Part shown: in pieces, positions 63,143 through 64,000 of the stretch
Numbering within the stretch: the first letter of the stretch is position 1
Layout: every line of letters begins with the position of its first letter
Assembly (NCBI GenBank): GCA_013265495.1
Contig: MU058366.1
Coordinates: 161,694 to 225,693 of the forward strand
Length of the DNA stretch: 64,000 nt
Reading direction: 5' to 3'
From: Vicugna vicugna
Taxonomy: Eukaryota
The notes under the pieces: generated by a model
Told to the model about the DNA's origin: nothing
Databases searched by the model: none
The model's input: only the letters and a program-made list of their open reading frames with translations
Program-made: the position numbers and the translations under genes

Positions 63143-64000
63143 GACAGCTGGGCTTGCTGGGCCTGAGACTTGGGGCTTGCTTGGAGGTTTTCACTAGAAT
63201 TGCACTGATGGTCAACACAGGTTAAGATGCAGAGAGAACTTATGGTACCTGTGGGATTGGCAGAACCTTTGGGAGAGAGGACATATTTGGACACATTGAA
63301 CGGGGAGAAGAAGGAAGCGGTTTCCTCCCAGAGGGGCCCTGGGGGAGTCCAGCCCTCCCCTCCCAACCCGTCGCAGCAGTGTACCTCCCCAGCCACGCCT
63401 GCCCATGCCCAGAGCCTCAGGGAGGCTTGGAGTTGGCTCCACAGTCACAAAAGACAGAGATGGAGGATTCCACTGGGATGTAGAACACTCCACTCAGGCA
63501 GGGTAGGAACAAGACAAAGAAGAGTTGGGAGGATAATTTCCCCAGTGTTTGGTTAAAGAGCTCTCCAGTGGAGCATTTGGAGTGCAGACTGGAAGCAGTA
63601 TTACTACCAACAGGCTGACATTGTTTGACTCCAACGCCTGAAAGTTTGATCTGTCTCCTGTGCCTTCCATTGGACTCATAAATTATCCCAGCAGAGAGGC
63701 ACCTGGAGAGTATCGTGTCCCCATCCCTGAAAGCGCGGTTAAAGAGATCAAGCCTAGTGATGGTGGTGGAATCTGCATTCCTCGCTCCAAAGACTTCAGT
63801 GACAGAGGCGTCGAGTCCCGGGCTCCACGATGACGGTATCAGCTTACACTGGGGGCTCTAAGGATCATCTCTTCCCCTACAAGACCTTGGAAGCTAGGCT
63901 TGGCAGAGATTGGTGCTCCCACTTTGAAGAAAAGAATACTAAGAGCCAGAGGAGGGAACATTTTGCCCAGGATTACTCATGGAGCCGAGACACGGAGTCT
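63143..64000 (+). other. GAB3: GAB3 3'UTR (incomplete)
   Basis: Follows the stop codon; I saw no AATAAA/ATTAAA before the window end. Confidence 0.75.

Overview
Mammalian genomic DNA, probably camelid judging by the tRNA-derived SINE and L1 3' ends (species is an inference). The window carries coding exons 2-10 of GAB3 (GRB2-associated binding protein 3) on the + strand. All junctions are canonical GT-AG and phase-consistent: 1626 nt = 541 codons + TAA. Exon 1 lies upstream and the 3'UTR runs off the end. The introns are dominated by LINE-1 (a 5'-complete antisense copy in intron 1, two multi-kb copies in intron 4, an internally deleted copy in intron 8), plus L2, L3/CR1, MIR, MLT LTR, hAT MER and SINE remnants. 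I found no convincing new multi-gene system. The most notable signals are: an extremely GC/CpG-shifted PH-domain exon that looks like GC-biased gene conversion; a tailless tRNA-Cys 5'-half retro-insertion with a 16-bp TSD; a retroposed DNA-transposon fragment with a TSD; an L1 whose 5'UTR is joined directly to mid-ORF2; and cryptic poison exons in antisense L1 5' ends. Repeat names and human comparisons are from memory, not from searches.
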